From the human T2T-CHM13v2.0 reference genome, Homo sapiens: DNA of 64,000 bases. The DNA lies in the NCBI RefSeq assembly GCF_009914755.1, contig NC_060933.1; one strand, written 5' to 3'. The notes beneath the pieces were generated by a model. That model did no database searches. It was not told where the DNA came from and saw nothing but the letters and a program-made list of their open reading frames with translations. The position numbers were made by a program, and so were the translations under genes. Below are positions 30,274 to 45,732 of this stretch, piece by piece. Each line of letters begins with the position of its first letter. The first letter of the stretch is position 1.

Positions 30274-30789
30274 TGTAAAAGGAAGTTAAATTTTGGGACC
30301 CCAAACTCATTTAGCCAAAGGGAAAAGTCAAGCTGAGAACTGGGTCACGCAAACCTGCCTCCCCTCTTTGGTTCCTAAATAAGATGGCTACAAGATGAAA
30401 AAATACCTGCCTTCCCTATATTTTGCCCACAGGGAAATTCCTGGTGAGCTGTTAAAACTTCACCATGGCAATGCAAATTGATAGTTTATCTTATACAGGC
30501 GCAGTCACCCAGGCCCTGCCAGACTCAAAAGCATATCTGATTGTTCCCCTACCCCATTTTGTCTGTGCTATCTTATGTAAAATGCAGATTCTCCACATTT
30601 TTTCCTCTGCCCCTTTTGTTTATGTGAAAACTGTGTGCTTCTCAATATCCCACCTTTTCTCCTTTAAATTTGGAATCCTCAAAATCATCTCTGGAGAAAG
30701 GCATACATCTGTCTCCCAGGCATGTTCTTAACTTTGGCAAATAAATCTAAAATGATTGAGATTTGTCTTGTCATTTTCTTCCATTGACA
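30274..30789 (+). mobile_element. MER4A-like (ERV1) solo LTR
   Basis: TG...CA termini; ttgggaccccaaactca...gccaaagggaaaagtcaagctg 5' signature; AATAAA at 30740. Confidence 0.8.
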
Positions 30790-30865
30790 GAGGCTAGAAG
30801 ACCAAGATCCAGGTGTTTGCAGGGTTGGTTGCTTCTGAGGGCTGTGAGGAGAGGTTCTGTTCTAG

Positions 30866-31267
<402 letters not shown>

Positions 31268-32719
31268 TAAGAACACCAGTCATATTAGACTCATCCACTC
31301 TAAAGACTTCATTTTAATTTAATTACCTCTTTAAAGACCCTGTATCCAAATACCATCACACTCAGAAGTATTGGGGGTTAGGGCTTCAACATAGGAAGTG
31401 GAGCAAGGGTTGGGGTAGGGGTGCACACAGTTCATCCCATTTGAGGCTCTTTACCAGTTCATGCAGGCATGGGACAGGTCAGGGAAATCCTTGGTAAGTC
31501 TGGGAACCTGGAGCCCCTCTTCTCTGAAGCCTTGCCAGTTCCCTTAGGAGCTTCCACGGACCAAAGTGAAACACCCAGGGGTGGAGGGGGTAAGGAGCTT
31601 TTCTAGAACACCTTGCAAATCTTGTTGATGGCTTAGATGTTTACAAAACTCTAGAAAAATCTTATCTCCTTGATATGAGATCCTGGAAGCAAGGAGTTAA
31701 AAGCCTGGCTGCCTACCTAAGGAGGAGGAGGAAGGAGTGGAAGTAAACGAAGACATTGATTATGATAGAAAAAATGTTAATAGAAGGCGATTTTTGGAAG
31801 CCAAAGAGAAAATTCAGCTTGAATCCCCTAGTAGTGTGTATGCTCATCTTCCCAAGACGGAAGTGCCTCTCCTGTCCGACCTCCTAGCCCAGCCTCGGTC
31901 TGGAACACATTGGGTCCTAGGCACCCAGCAGTGAATTGGCTCAGAAAGTGTTTGAGGGCTCAAGTGAGTCCAGGAACGATGGCTCACGCCTGTAATCCCA
32001 GAACATTGGAAGGCTGAGATGCGAAGATTGCTTGAAGCCAGGAGTTCAAGCCTGTGTAGTTAGTGGTATGTCCTCAGCAGAAGCCACAGGACTGTGATTT
32101 GAAGAGAAGGATATGGGGTTGAACTGCTTCTTACTGCCACGGCAGCTCTCTGGCCCCGGAACTGGGGCAGTTCCTTCATTGTCCCACCTCTGTCATCGCA
32201 GGAATCCCAAGCTGTCACACTTCTCAGTATTGTTTCCTTTGCAATTTGATGTGGACTTGGCACATTTCCAAGGTGGAAACGACCCCTCATTCATTATTTT
32301 TGGGACCTCGGTGGCCCCGTGATAAGGGAAATGATGGATGCCTGGACTTGTCTTCTGGCATTGCGCACCAGATATCAGGGCCCTCCACAGGACCAGCCTA
32401 TGAGACAGGAAGAGGCTGAGGTCTTAAAGACATACTTTCTTGGGAGTTTGATGTTTCCTCTTGCTTCCACAGCTGTCAGAAAGGGCTTGTTCTGAGGGTG
32501 ACCTGCAGGTTGCAAGGCTGTGGAAACATAGCAGTGACAGCGTTGAATGGCTTGTCCCCATCAGTAAGCTTTGGTGTCACACCAGCCGGATGACTTTCTG
32601 GTGGAGGGCCAGCTTCCTGCACTTCCGTGACAGCAGCCTGACAGCCCCATGGAGGCATGGCTGTAGACATTAAGACATTTCTGTAGACATTTGTTCTAGT
32701 TGTTGTCCTTTTTTGTCTG

Positions 32720-33032
32720 TTATTTATTATTTATTTATTTATCATTATTTATTTAGAGACAAGGTCTCACTCTGTCACCAGGCTAGAGTGCAGTGGTGCA
32801 ATCATGGCTTATTACAACCTTGATCTCCTGGGCCCAAGCGATACTCCCACCTCAGCCTCCTGAGAGGCTGGGACCACAGGTGTGCACCACAATGCCTGGC
32901 TAATTTTTAAATTTTCTGTAGACAGGGTCACACCATGTTGTCCAGGCTGGTCTCAAACTCCTGAGCTCCAGCGATCCTCCCACCTTGGTGTCCCAGAGTG
33001 TGGGGTCTTAGGTGTGAGCCATCGTGCCTGCC
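32720..33032 (-). mobile_element. AluJ-like
   Basis: Diverged consensus. Confidence 0.9.
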
Positions 33033-33039
33033 CTGTTTT

Positions 33040-33492
33040 TCATTTTAATTGTGTGACATAAAATGTAAAATGTACCCTCTAAACCATTTTTTAGTGTCCA
33101 GTTTTGTGGTATTAAGTACATTCACATTATTGTGCAACCGTCCCCACCATCCATTCACAGAACTCTTTCAACTTGCAAAACTGAAACTGTATGCATTAAG
33201 CAATAACTATCCCTTCCTTCTTTCCTCTTCCCCAGCTCTTGGCAACCACCATTCTACTTTCTGTCTCTATGAAGTTGTCTACTCTAGTAACCTCATATAA
33301 GTGAAATCACGTATTTGTCTTTCTGTGACTGGCTTATTTCACTTAGCATAATGTCCTCAATGTTTATCCATGTTATAGCATGTGTCACAATTTCCTTCCT
33401 TTAAAAAAATTGAATAATGTCCCATTGTGTTTATATGCCACATTTTGTATATCCATTCATTCATTCGATACTTGGGTTGCTTCCACCTTTTG
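33040..33492 (-). mobile_element. L1MB-type 3' end
   Basis: gtattaagtacattcacattattgtgcaacc...ggcttatttcacttagcataatgtcc. Confidence 0.85.
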
Positions 33493-33749
33493 TCTTGCCC
33501 TTGTTTTTGAGAGGTTAATCCATCTATGAGGTCCTCCAGGCATCAAAAGAGTTCCCCAGTTCCCTACTTTGGAGAAGTTCACTATCCCTAGCAAAGATGC
33601 AAAGAACAGATACATGAAAAAGTAAATCATGGTGCAAAAGTTGTATGAGACAACACTTTAAGATGTATCCTATGAGCGTAGGTGTAGATTTGCAAAATGG
33701 CTGGTGTGGAGTTTCTGGAAGAGGATGGCTTAGAGAGAGTATGGACTTA

Positions 33750-34270
<521 letters not shown>

Positions 34271-36044
34271 AAATATAAAGGAGATAACATATTGCCCACT
34301 AACATTTTGGCTATTTTTAATATATTGTTCTTGTCTTTTTAATGACCACAGATACTCTTTAGTATCTGTTTGCTGCAGTTTTTGCAGGTATTCATGATGC
34401 CTGTTATGCCTTTCCTATTTTACCTCCTTTTCAGATTATGATAGTTTTAGCAAAGAAGTATTCAGTTCTAGAGACTCATTATCAAGGAAAGAGAGAGCTC
34501 TTCATTTGGTTTTATCAGATAATAGATAATAATAAATATGGCCTGGCTTTCTTTGCACTGGGAAGATAGAGAATGAGGAAGGAGAATGACTATTAGTCAT
34601 TCTAACGTTAGTCTGTTTTATCGAACTGAGGAGGGAGTTAGCTTTCTCCAACTCTGGGCAGATTACCGAGAGTAGGATGCCAGGTTACATTCTCTTGGGA
34701 GAACAGTGCTATCATGGCTGATCTCTCAATTAAGGACTTCATATTTAGATTATTTAAATCTCAAATATTGAAATACTCTCATTTTTCTAACAATGATAAT
34801 TAAGAAAACTTTGTAAAGTTACAAATAAAGTGAAATTGAAAAGGTTTGCTGAATGAAGTATTTTACTATTGAAAGGTCTTCTAGAATGTAAGTTTCAAAC
34901 ACATCGTCTGGTTGGTGCATTACTTAATCTATTCCTGTTTGGCTGCTGCTTGGTATTTCCCACGCAGGAGTTCATTGACTTCAAGGCAATTGAATGCATT
35001 ATTAGCCAGAAGAAGAAAACATGTGAGTCTCCTTCACCCAACAATAGATTTTTTAAAATACATTGTGCACAGTCCTCTTAAAAAAGGCATCAATGGCAGG
35101 TGGGTGTGAACAGAGGAATTTCCTCCTCCACCCTGGCTGTTGCTGAGCTGTAAGCTGTAAACATTGTGAGAGACAAAAAGTATCAAGGTCTCAACTTTCT
35201 TTCGGATATTGCTTTGTATTTCTGTTTACTAGTATGAATGAAAATTTTCCTGAAAATGCTGGCTAAAACTGAATTTTGGTGTTGTCTTTCTAATGGAATT
35301 TCTGATCAACAATTTCCTTTATGTTGGCAATTGCTTAATCTGCTGAAGTAGGTAAGGTAGTTGTGCTGCCTTAAAATTTATTTTTATATTTGTCATTAAA
35401 AACAAACATGAAACTTGGAGGTTAATTTTGTCTGTTTAAATTTTGATGCTTTCATTTTGACAAAATCTTTTAAGAATAATGACGAGGCTGCAGTGATTGA
35501 AATACAATTTGTGTGGCTTTTAGGCAAGTGAGCATTTAGCAAGTAAGAATTTCCCAGATTGGGTTTAGAGTTGTATTTGCTTATGTTCCAAACTCTTTTT
35601 TTTTTTTTTTTTGGTAAGATAATTTTGAATATCAGTAGAACTTGGGGCAGATAGAATGACAGAACATGGAATGTGTAATCCTTTTGGGATTTGTATCTTA
35701 GTTAAGTAAACTTTCATGATGGATTAAGGAGGACAAAGTCTCCAGCAGATTTCACTTGGCTGATTTTGTTTTTCTGTTCTTTTTCTGTTTTCCTGATGAG
35801 GCTTCTGTACTTCTCCCTTTAAGGAGGCAACTGAATAGCATGAAAATAAGGGGTATGGGTGGTGGTAGTTGCTGAGGGGAATGACAATGGATTTGGTAAC
35901 ACAGCATGCTAATATCATGCAAATAATGAGATGATATAGGAATCTCTGCTCTAGTGGTGGGTCTGAGGTTTGCTCTAGTGGTGGGTCTGAGGTTTTCTCT
36001 ACTGAGGGCAAAATTGGAGCTTTTTTAAAAAAAAAAAAAAATTT

Positions 36045-36419
<375 letters not shown>

Positions 36420-38194
36420 TGATTGGGAGAATGTGGGACTGTTCACTATGGAAGGATCTTACAGTATAGAAATGAAACCCTAGTGTAGGAAGGGAGCTGA
36501 CATTTTTCAGTGTTACCTTGACTTAATTTGCAAAATGTTTTATTTTCTGAAGCCACAGTGTAATTCACAGATGCACCAAGATCAAAGGTCTCTAAGAAGA
36601 AGAGGTTGTGGGGAAAGAGCCCAGTAGAGGTAGGGAGGCCACAATGAACCCATTGAGTTATTCCACCTGTCAAAACCTTGGTTTTGTAAACTGCAAAATA
36701 GGACCAGTAATACCTATGATTAGCTGCTGCTGTTACGAATTAAGTTCAGTAACAAGTCCGACATGGCTGGCGCATGCTGTTTTCAATAAATATAAATTCT
36801 GCTCCCAACCATTCAACATCAAATGAGTTGATCTGCAAAAAGTGTTTTGAAAACTACAGATACTAATTTTCATTTGTGTATGCCTGTTAGTTGACTTCAA
36901 AACATTTGTTTGTCCCAGGAACAGAAGAGAAATATCCTTTGATCATGAGACAGGTTCATTTTTAGTATGTTAAGGCCACTCCATGTCATTCTTGTGGCTT
37001 GTTAATGTGGTTAATTGAAACCCTTCCATATTCTTGATGGGGCAGAACCTTCAGCTGTTTTCATGTTCATGTTCAGGGGTGTAAATTTCTAGACGATCTT
37101 GTGGGCCTCTGTCAGCTCTGAGATTAAATGACGTGTGCATTTGCTTATCGGATTCTTAACTCTAAAACCCTGGGATGAGGACTAGGAAGGAGAACCAGGA
37201 GGCGCTGAGGGAACAACAGCTTCCACATGGCCCATCTGCTTTGCAGAACCTGTGTCTTTGGGGTACAAGTGAGCTGGAGGTGGAGCTGCAACAGAGTGAG
37301 TCCCCGTGGTCAGTCACATGCACCGGCTTCCGCCTGGTATGATTTATCAGCAGTGATGCAAACATGATTCAGAGATAGTTTTATAAGAATTTTTACTTCG
37401 GTTAAATCATAATCAGGCGGCTATTTCCGTTTTTCTAATGTCACTTGATTAGCTCAAGATGCCCAACCCTTATTGTCCTGACTCATGGAGGGAGGCTGCT
37501 TGCTAAGTAATCGTGAGACCCAGGAGAGGAAGAGGGTTGGCGGCCATCCCCACTGGAGGGGCATCCTGGAAAACTCCAGAGAGGGAAGCTTGTGACCATG
37601 ACTCCTAGCAGAGCGGTACTGACAACCTAGTACAAAACCCATAGTGGAAACACTTTCACCTACTCTCATACATTCATCTTCCCCTGAGAGGAAGCAGAGC
37701 TGACATTGTCCAGTCCCATTCTGCACTCAAAGAAATGCAGTCTCAGAGAAGCTACGGGAATGGTTCAAGGTCACATGCTTGCATATGGCAAAATTCCAAA
37801 TGCAGACAGACCACTGAAATTAGGGGAGAGGGGAGATCTTCTCTTTCTACTTTAAACTATTTTATATTGTTTGGGTAGTTTCCAAAGAACAATGACTATT
37901 TTAAAAAGAATTTTAAAAAGTAAATTTAAAAACTAAAAAGTTTTAGAAACTAAATTTTAAAATCTCTGTTTATTTGTGATTATTCAAATTTTAGAAAATG
38001 AAAAAAGAGCCTCACCAATTCTTTCAGTCGATCCTCTCATTTTTACAGACCAGAGGACTGAGAAAAGTATAAGTTGGTCAATTGTGATAAGCTGGGTATT
38101 GGCAGAAAATCTGTTTTAAAACTTAGTAGGCTCACTGGGATGATTGAAGCTCTGTGTTCTGCTTAATACATGTTTAGCTGCCTGAACTAACTCA

Positions 38195-38800
<606 letters not shown>

Positions 38801-41409
38801 TTACTATTAGAGATGTAATAGAGGATACAAATAAAATTCTTATGGTTGCTTTAGCGAGGTCCCAAATGTTATTTTCTTCTCCCAAGGAAATGACTAACAG
38901 GAATATAGCTTTTCACTTTTTTACATTGGTAAAGATCTTCTCTGACTTTGGAAAGCCTGCCACTTACTGAGGGCCACCTCTACTCATGGCTCCCAGGATG
39001 TAGTCTATCTTATTGACGTCTTTGACAGTTCATAACTCAGTTCACTTTCTCCCTGTCTATGCTTGGTCACTTGGATGGATACATGTCCTCTGTAACTCCT
39101 CCTTCTTTCAGTTCTCTTTCAATGAAGATCAATTATTTTTCATTTAAGAATCTTCCTGTGCAATGATTGCTCTATGCCCTGATACATAGAAAATGGGCAT
39201 ATTTTCCAATTAGCACTACCATTGTTTCTTGTGGGTAAATTTCGGCTAAAATTATGTCTATAAAATTCCCTTAGACTTAAGTAGTATTATTGAGTGATAG
39301 GAGCCTGAGGGTGATTTGGGAGATACTTGTGTTCTGCCCATCACTGTGTTATTAACTAACCTTATATAGTCTTCGTAGGACTTGTTCATATATGTACAAG
39401 GTCAGTAAGATCATTCTAAGTCAAACACTTGGCTATCTGTGATTTTCTCACCATTTTGTGTTTATAGATAGTTCAGACAGTGAGTGTTAGGGAAACAGTG
39501 AAAGGTGAGTTAGTAGTAGTTCATATTATTAACTCATTTTATTGGAATTTCCAATTTTTCCTTCCCAAAATTTTTCTCTGAACCAGTATAACCCTAAACC
39601 TATTGGTAAAATATAGAATCTTAAGCCTATTGGTAAAATATAGAATCTTAACTACATTCCAATATAAAGCAAACTGTTGATGTGGGCAAAAATGAGGGGG
39701 AGGAGAGGGAGAAAGAAGTGGAAGAGAAAATGAGAAATTCTAAGTCTTCATCACTTTCCACAGGACTCGGCCATAACCCAAACTCAAGCTGCCCACTGTT
39801 GCTTGGGATGGCGGGCTCTCTCTGGACCAGCTCTGTGGCTAAGGGTGGCAAGGGGCCCATCAGAATGGAGCAGTCCCTGATCTATCAGAGGTCTCAAAAA
39901 ACTGCCTGCTACTAAGCTTGGATCTTTCCAGAATCATGTGGATGATAGAATTTGCCTATAGTGTCATGCATGGAAAAGGAAGAGAAACTAAAGGCAGACT
40001 TTAAAGGAATTACTTATCTGTGCCCTCTAGCATCTCTGAGAATTGTGCTAAGGATTTGTTGCAAGGATGGCGGTAGATGAAGAAGCCATTGGTTTGAGTG
40101 AGATTTGGAGTTAGGCGTAGTAATCCTTGGGTGCTGGAGTAGTGTCTTGTTTGAGGGAGCAGTGTTCATAGGGCATAAATGCTATAGAGGTGTCTGAACC
40201 ACCTGGAGCCACAATCTGTCCTCATGATCTTGCCCTTCAAATGCAGCCGCATGCCCACATAACCCACCTTGGGGAGTAGCCAATACTCAGGCTACTCTGT
40301 GGGCTGGCATTCTTGGTCTCCTGACTTCTGCCCCAGCTCTACCTTGGTTGATACCCCAAATGCCCCTTTTCCTCTGGCCTACCTAGCCTGCTTTCTCCCC
40401 TTCTTCCTTGGTTAACTTTGCACGTGACCATTTTGATTCTCTAAAGAGAATCATTCAATTAGGAAATGGAAATCTGAGGCAATGAGAGAGAGGAGACATG
40501 CATCACTATTTATTTTTAGAAACTTCACACAACACCAAGCCCAAACTGTTAAGCATTGCCTTAGGAGAGGTTTCTACCATTGTGCTTGCCAGGTATAAGA
40601 AAAGAAAATTACAATTGATTCTGTAATTTCTTTTGTAATAATCATCATAGATTCCAAAACACAGAATGAGTCTTTAGTGCGAAGCCCTGAAGCCTCTGTC
40701 TGCAAGTCCATTTTAATGACAGTTTTTGTTCTGAGCAAGAATGCGTCATTGCTGGTCTTGTGTTTTCAGACAAACACAAAGCTTTTAGGAAATAAGAAGC
40801 TTAAGTAAAAAGACTACAGGTTGTTCTCTCCTGGGAGTTCCTGGACACCCTCTCAACTGGGACACTTGAAGTGAGCCTCATGACCTGAGCTGAGAATTGC
40901 CATGGCTGAAACAGCTTTTATAGGGTGTTTTACATGGACACTTGACACTCTTTGGATCACATTGTGTGTGATCCAGACTCAAGCCAGGGTTAGCCTAGCT
41001 TGTTGTTTTATCTCAGTTAAAAGCCTTTTGTTAAGAGAACAAACAAGAAAGTTCAGATAGGTCAAGAAAGCCAGCTCTGAGGATATATCTAGAGGGCAAG
41101 TCATATTTATTTTTCAAAGTTTCCCCAGGAATTAAAGGTTGCACATCTAAATGTCACCACTTCTGTGACTTTTGCAGATAAACATTAGATTTACCTTTGG
41201 CAAACTGCAGTGTCTACATTATGGGATTTCCCTCCCCAGAGTCTTTTCTCTGGGGAAGTTCTGAAAAATTGTTTCAGGGATACTATAGTTCTTAAATATA
41301 ACTAACAAACATATTATGAAATGCTGTTAGTTTTTTTCTGGAGGCTGAATATTGATTGCTACTTAGTATACCTTTTTTAATGATTATATTGTCCCACCAG
41401 GATATTTAC

Positions 41410-42150
41410 ACAGCTTCATGTGTCTTCCCACAAAATACACATGAATTGCAAAGGGAATATAGTAACTTGGCAGTAGAGAAACTTGGCAGATACCACCCTA
41501 ATCAAATAATCAAATCTAACACCATTAGTAATTGGACAAATTGGCAGTGTGCACCATTTGATGAGATGCACAGAGGAAAACACAGCATCGCTTCTGTGAT
41601 ATTCCTGCACAAATGCATGAGTTAGATCTAATCATGAGGAAATATCAGGTAACCTCAAATTGCGGGATGTTCAACAAAATAACTTGTCTATAATCTTTAG
41701 AAGTCCCAAATTAGCTGGGCATGATAGCTCACACCTATAATCCTAGCTACTTGGGAAGCTGAAGCGGGAGGATCCCTTGAGGCCAGGAGTTTGAGGCCAG
41801 TCTAGGCAATATGGTGAGAGCCCATCTCAAATAAATAAGTAAGTAAAAGTCATGAAAGACAAGGAAAGACTAAGAAAGTACCCCAAATTGAAGGAGACTA
41901 GAGACATGAGACATGGGAGCCTAGATTGGATCATTTTATTAGTAAGAACATCATTGGGACCAAGATTGAAATTTGCATGAGGTCTATGGTTTACATGTAG
42001 AATTCCATCAATGTTAATTACAAGATTTTGAGGCTGGACTGTGGTTAGGTGGAAAAAGTCCTTGTTTTTCAAAAATGTACCTTGAAGTATTAGGAATAAC
42101 GAGGCATTATGTCTGCAAAAAGACTCCAATAGTTCACAAAAAAATTATAA
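41410..42150 (+). mobile_element. Old L1 (L1MC/MD-type) 3' region with an Alu monomer at ~41712-41840
   Basis: gagaaacttggcagataccacc...aatcatgaggaaatatcag...aaagacaaggaaagactaag motifs. Confidence 0.65.
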
Positions 42151-42215
42151 ACACACACACGCACATACACATACCATGTAGCATTCTAATTTTTAGAACC
42201 AGAAATGAGCTTTTA

Positions 42216-42594
<379 letters not shown>

Positions 42595-43239
42595 TTATTT
42601 TTGTTGTCAATTGACAATCTTGAAAAAATTCTGGCCGAATGTCGGTGTGCCAGCTGTTTCATGCACCAGACCTGTAGTTCACCCCTACTCTTTTACCTGT
42701 AGTTCATCCCTACTCTTCTAAGGCTTGAATGGAAAATAATTTCTAATTTGTTGTAAAATTTACCAATTTGGTATTGCTGCTGTAAACAGGATTTTATCTA
42801 GGGTTTAGATGCCTTATCTTCAAATTCCACTATCAAGCTAGTACATAAAATTGTTTGAAAACTGAATCAGATGTTTATGTAATTCATAAAAACATATAAT
42901 TTCCCTCTAATATTTCATTTTTCCTAATTATAAAAATAATGCATGCTTATTATAGAAATGTAGACATAAAAAACTATAAAAAGAAGAAAAGAAAACTCAA
43001 TCCAAATCTTACCACTCAGAAATGACGTGCCACTGGTAACATTTAGACTTATTTCCTCCTAATATGTATATTTTAAACTGCCCTCATTCTCTTTTTTTCT
43101 TTCTTTCTTTTTTTTTAACCTCTATAGTCGCTCCTGTAAAAGCTGCCCCTATGCTTGTAACATTATTCTACAATGGACTTTTGGATCCTAATGTTTTTAC
43201 TCACTTTAGCATAAGCATTTTCCCATGTAGCAAAATTTC

Positions 43240-43720
43240 AGATATTTTACCTTTTTATTTTAAAATAATTTTAAACTTAGAAAAGAGTTGCAAGAGTAGT
43301 ACAAAGAATTTTTGTTTTCTCTTCACTAATTGTTAACATTTCTCATATTTGACATGTTATATAATTTATATATGTCTATATTATATACAGATGCATAATT
43401 TTTAATATTTTTTTCTGAACCTTCTAAAAATAAGTTGCAGATATCATGCCCCTTTATATTACTTTATATAGTCTCAAAAGTGTTAAAAAAATTCAGGAAA
43501 TTTGACATTGATACAATACTATTACCTAATATAAACTTGGTTTTTCAAAATTTGCCAGTTTTTGCAAAGTGACCTCTAGCATTTTTTTACCCCAACACCA
43601 GGATCCAATCCTGGATCACACTTTGTATTTTGATATTGTCTCTTTATCACCCTCTAATCTGATAAAGCTCATCAGTCCTTTTTCTTTGTCTTTCATGACA
43701 TTGACATTTGTAAAGAATAT
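43240..43720 (-). mobile_element. Old L1 (L1MC-type) fragment
   Basis: cttagaaaagagttgcaagagtagtacaaaga...caggatccaatcctggatcaca. Confidence 0.65.
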
Positions 43721-44589
43721 TTTTCCTTCCATGTGAATTAGTCTGGTTTCTACACGTGGTCCTTAATAGCTATAAAATATTCCACCGAATTTTACCTAGA
43801 TAAATGCTTTATGTTGGTGATTTGATGGTTTCTAGTGTTTATCTTCATAAATAAGGCTGCAGTGAACATCCTTGTATTTATGTTTTATAAACATCCCTGG
43901 TTATTTTCTCTCTGATAGAATCCTGGAAATAAAATACTGGGTAAACTAGCATAGGTATATAGGCTCCTGAGGATATATAGGTATATCATATATATTCTAC
44001 ATATATATATATATATATAGGTATATATACCTCCAAAAGGATGCTTTTCAAAAGGATGAAACTGGCAAGAATAAAATCTCACTAGTTGCCAAATGAAACT
44101 TCATTTTTGAAACACAGGAGTATAAAATAAAAACTTACAGAATATATCCTATGTTATTATTTTTCAGTTATCTGTAATATTTTGGTCAGATGTGCTTTAT
44201 TAAGTAAAAATATAGGGTCCCAAATCATGCACACATGATGTTTAGATGCATATGGAAGACCAGCTAGACAAGGCCACCTCCGAGTTTTGTGTGTTGAGCC
44301 ACTTTTTATGGGTTACTTATTCATTTGAAATTGATCCTGGCATCTGTCAAGGTAACATTACAGTATCACTGCTTGGGGCTCCCTTTCACTTGCCTGTATG
44401 GATAGAGCTTTAATGTTTATTTCGTGGGCAATTCATAACCTGTAGCACATGAAGGAGGCTGTCACGCAATGTATACCACCCCTGTGGTAGGCCCAGGACC
44501 GGCGTTTGTCTCAAACAATTCCAGTAGGCCTTTTATTCAGTGAAGTGGATAGATTTGGTGGATACCACTCAGTGAGTCAGAGTTTTGGA

Positions 44590-45050
44590 ATCAATGTTCT
44601 CCATAGCTCATAGCATAAGCTCTGGAGCCTGACAATCCTGGGTGTGATTCTCAGCTTAACTACTTGCTGTGTGACAACAAGCAAATCCCTTAACCTCTCT
44701 GAGCCTTGGTTCCTTTATCTGTAAAAGGAAGACTGTAGTCGTACTCCTCTAATAGGGCGATACCCTATTAGATGTGGATGAAATACAATAACAAATAGGA
44801 AGCCTTTAGCATGTTACTTGGCACATTGCAAGTACACATTCAGTGATAGCTTTCATAATTACTATAATAGTACATTCATTTCGAGGTTGTACATTGACAG
44901 TGAGCAAAACACTTTAACATCTTGTGACGTGGGCAAGTTCTCCCATTTGACAGATGAGAAACCTTAGACAGAAAGCGGGTTATATGAACTAACAAAGCCA
45001 TGTGTCAGGTAAACGGTGAGGCTGGGCATTAATCTCACGTCTCTGACTCA
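44590..45050. mobile_element. Two MIR fragments in opposite orientation
   Basis: taacctctctgagccttggttcctttatctgtaaaa (+) and cccatttgacagatgagaaa (-). Confidence 0.7.
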
Positions 45051-45186
45051 TGGGTCAGCGGGTCAGGGCTCTCTCTTCAGGATATCCAGTGACTGTTCCA
45101 TAACTCGTTACCTGGAAGTCCAATGCTGTTTGGGCAAATTTTGAATAAACCCAGTGGTTCTCCTACAGATACATCTTGATTTAGAA

Positions 45187-45732
45187 TAGGCATTAGCAAA
45201 TGTTTTCTGCAAAGGGCCAGACAGAAAATATTGTAGGTCTTAGCCGAGTGCAGTGGCTCACGCCTGTAATCCCAGCACTTTGGGAGGCCGAGGTGGTCGG
45301 ATCACGAGGTCAGGAGTTCGAGACCAGCCTGACCAACATGGTGAAACGCTGTCTCTACTAAAAATACAAAAATTAGCTGGGCGTGGTGGTGTACGCCTGT
45401 AATCCTAGCTACTCAGGAGGCTGAGACAGGAGAATCGCTTGAACCCAGGAGGCAGAGGTTTCAGTGAGCCGAGATCGCGCTACTGCACTCCAGCCTGGGT
45501 GACAGAGTGAGACTCAGTCTCAAAAAAAAAAAAAAAGAAAGAAAGAAAATACTGTAGGCCTTGCAGGCCATATGGTCTCTGTTATAACTACATTTCTCAA
45601 CTTTGCTGCTCAAACTTGAAAACAGCCTTAGACAATATGTAAATGAATAGGCGTGGCTGTGTTATAATAAAACTATTTACTAGAACCAGCGGCGACCAGA
45701 TTTGGCACATGGGCTGTCTTTATCAACCCCTG
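45187..45732. mobile_element. MER58A interrupted by a sense AluS (45242-45548)
   Basis: gcaaatgttttctgcaaagggccagacag...gcaggccatatggtctctg...aacccctg; TSD GAAAATAYTGTAGGYCTT. Confidence 0.85.
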
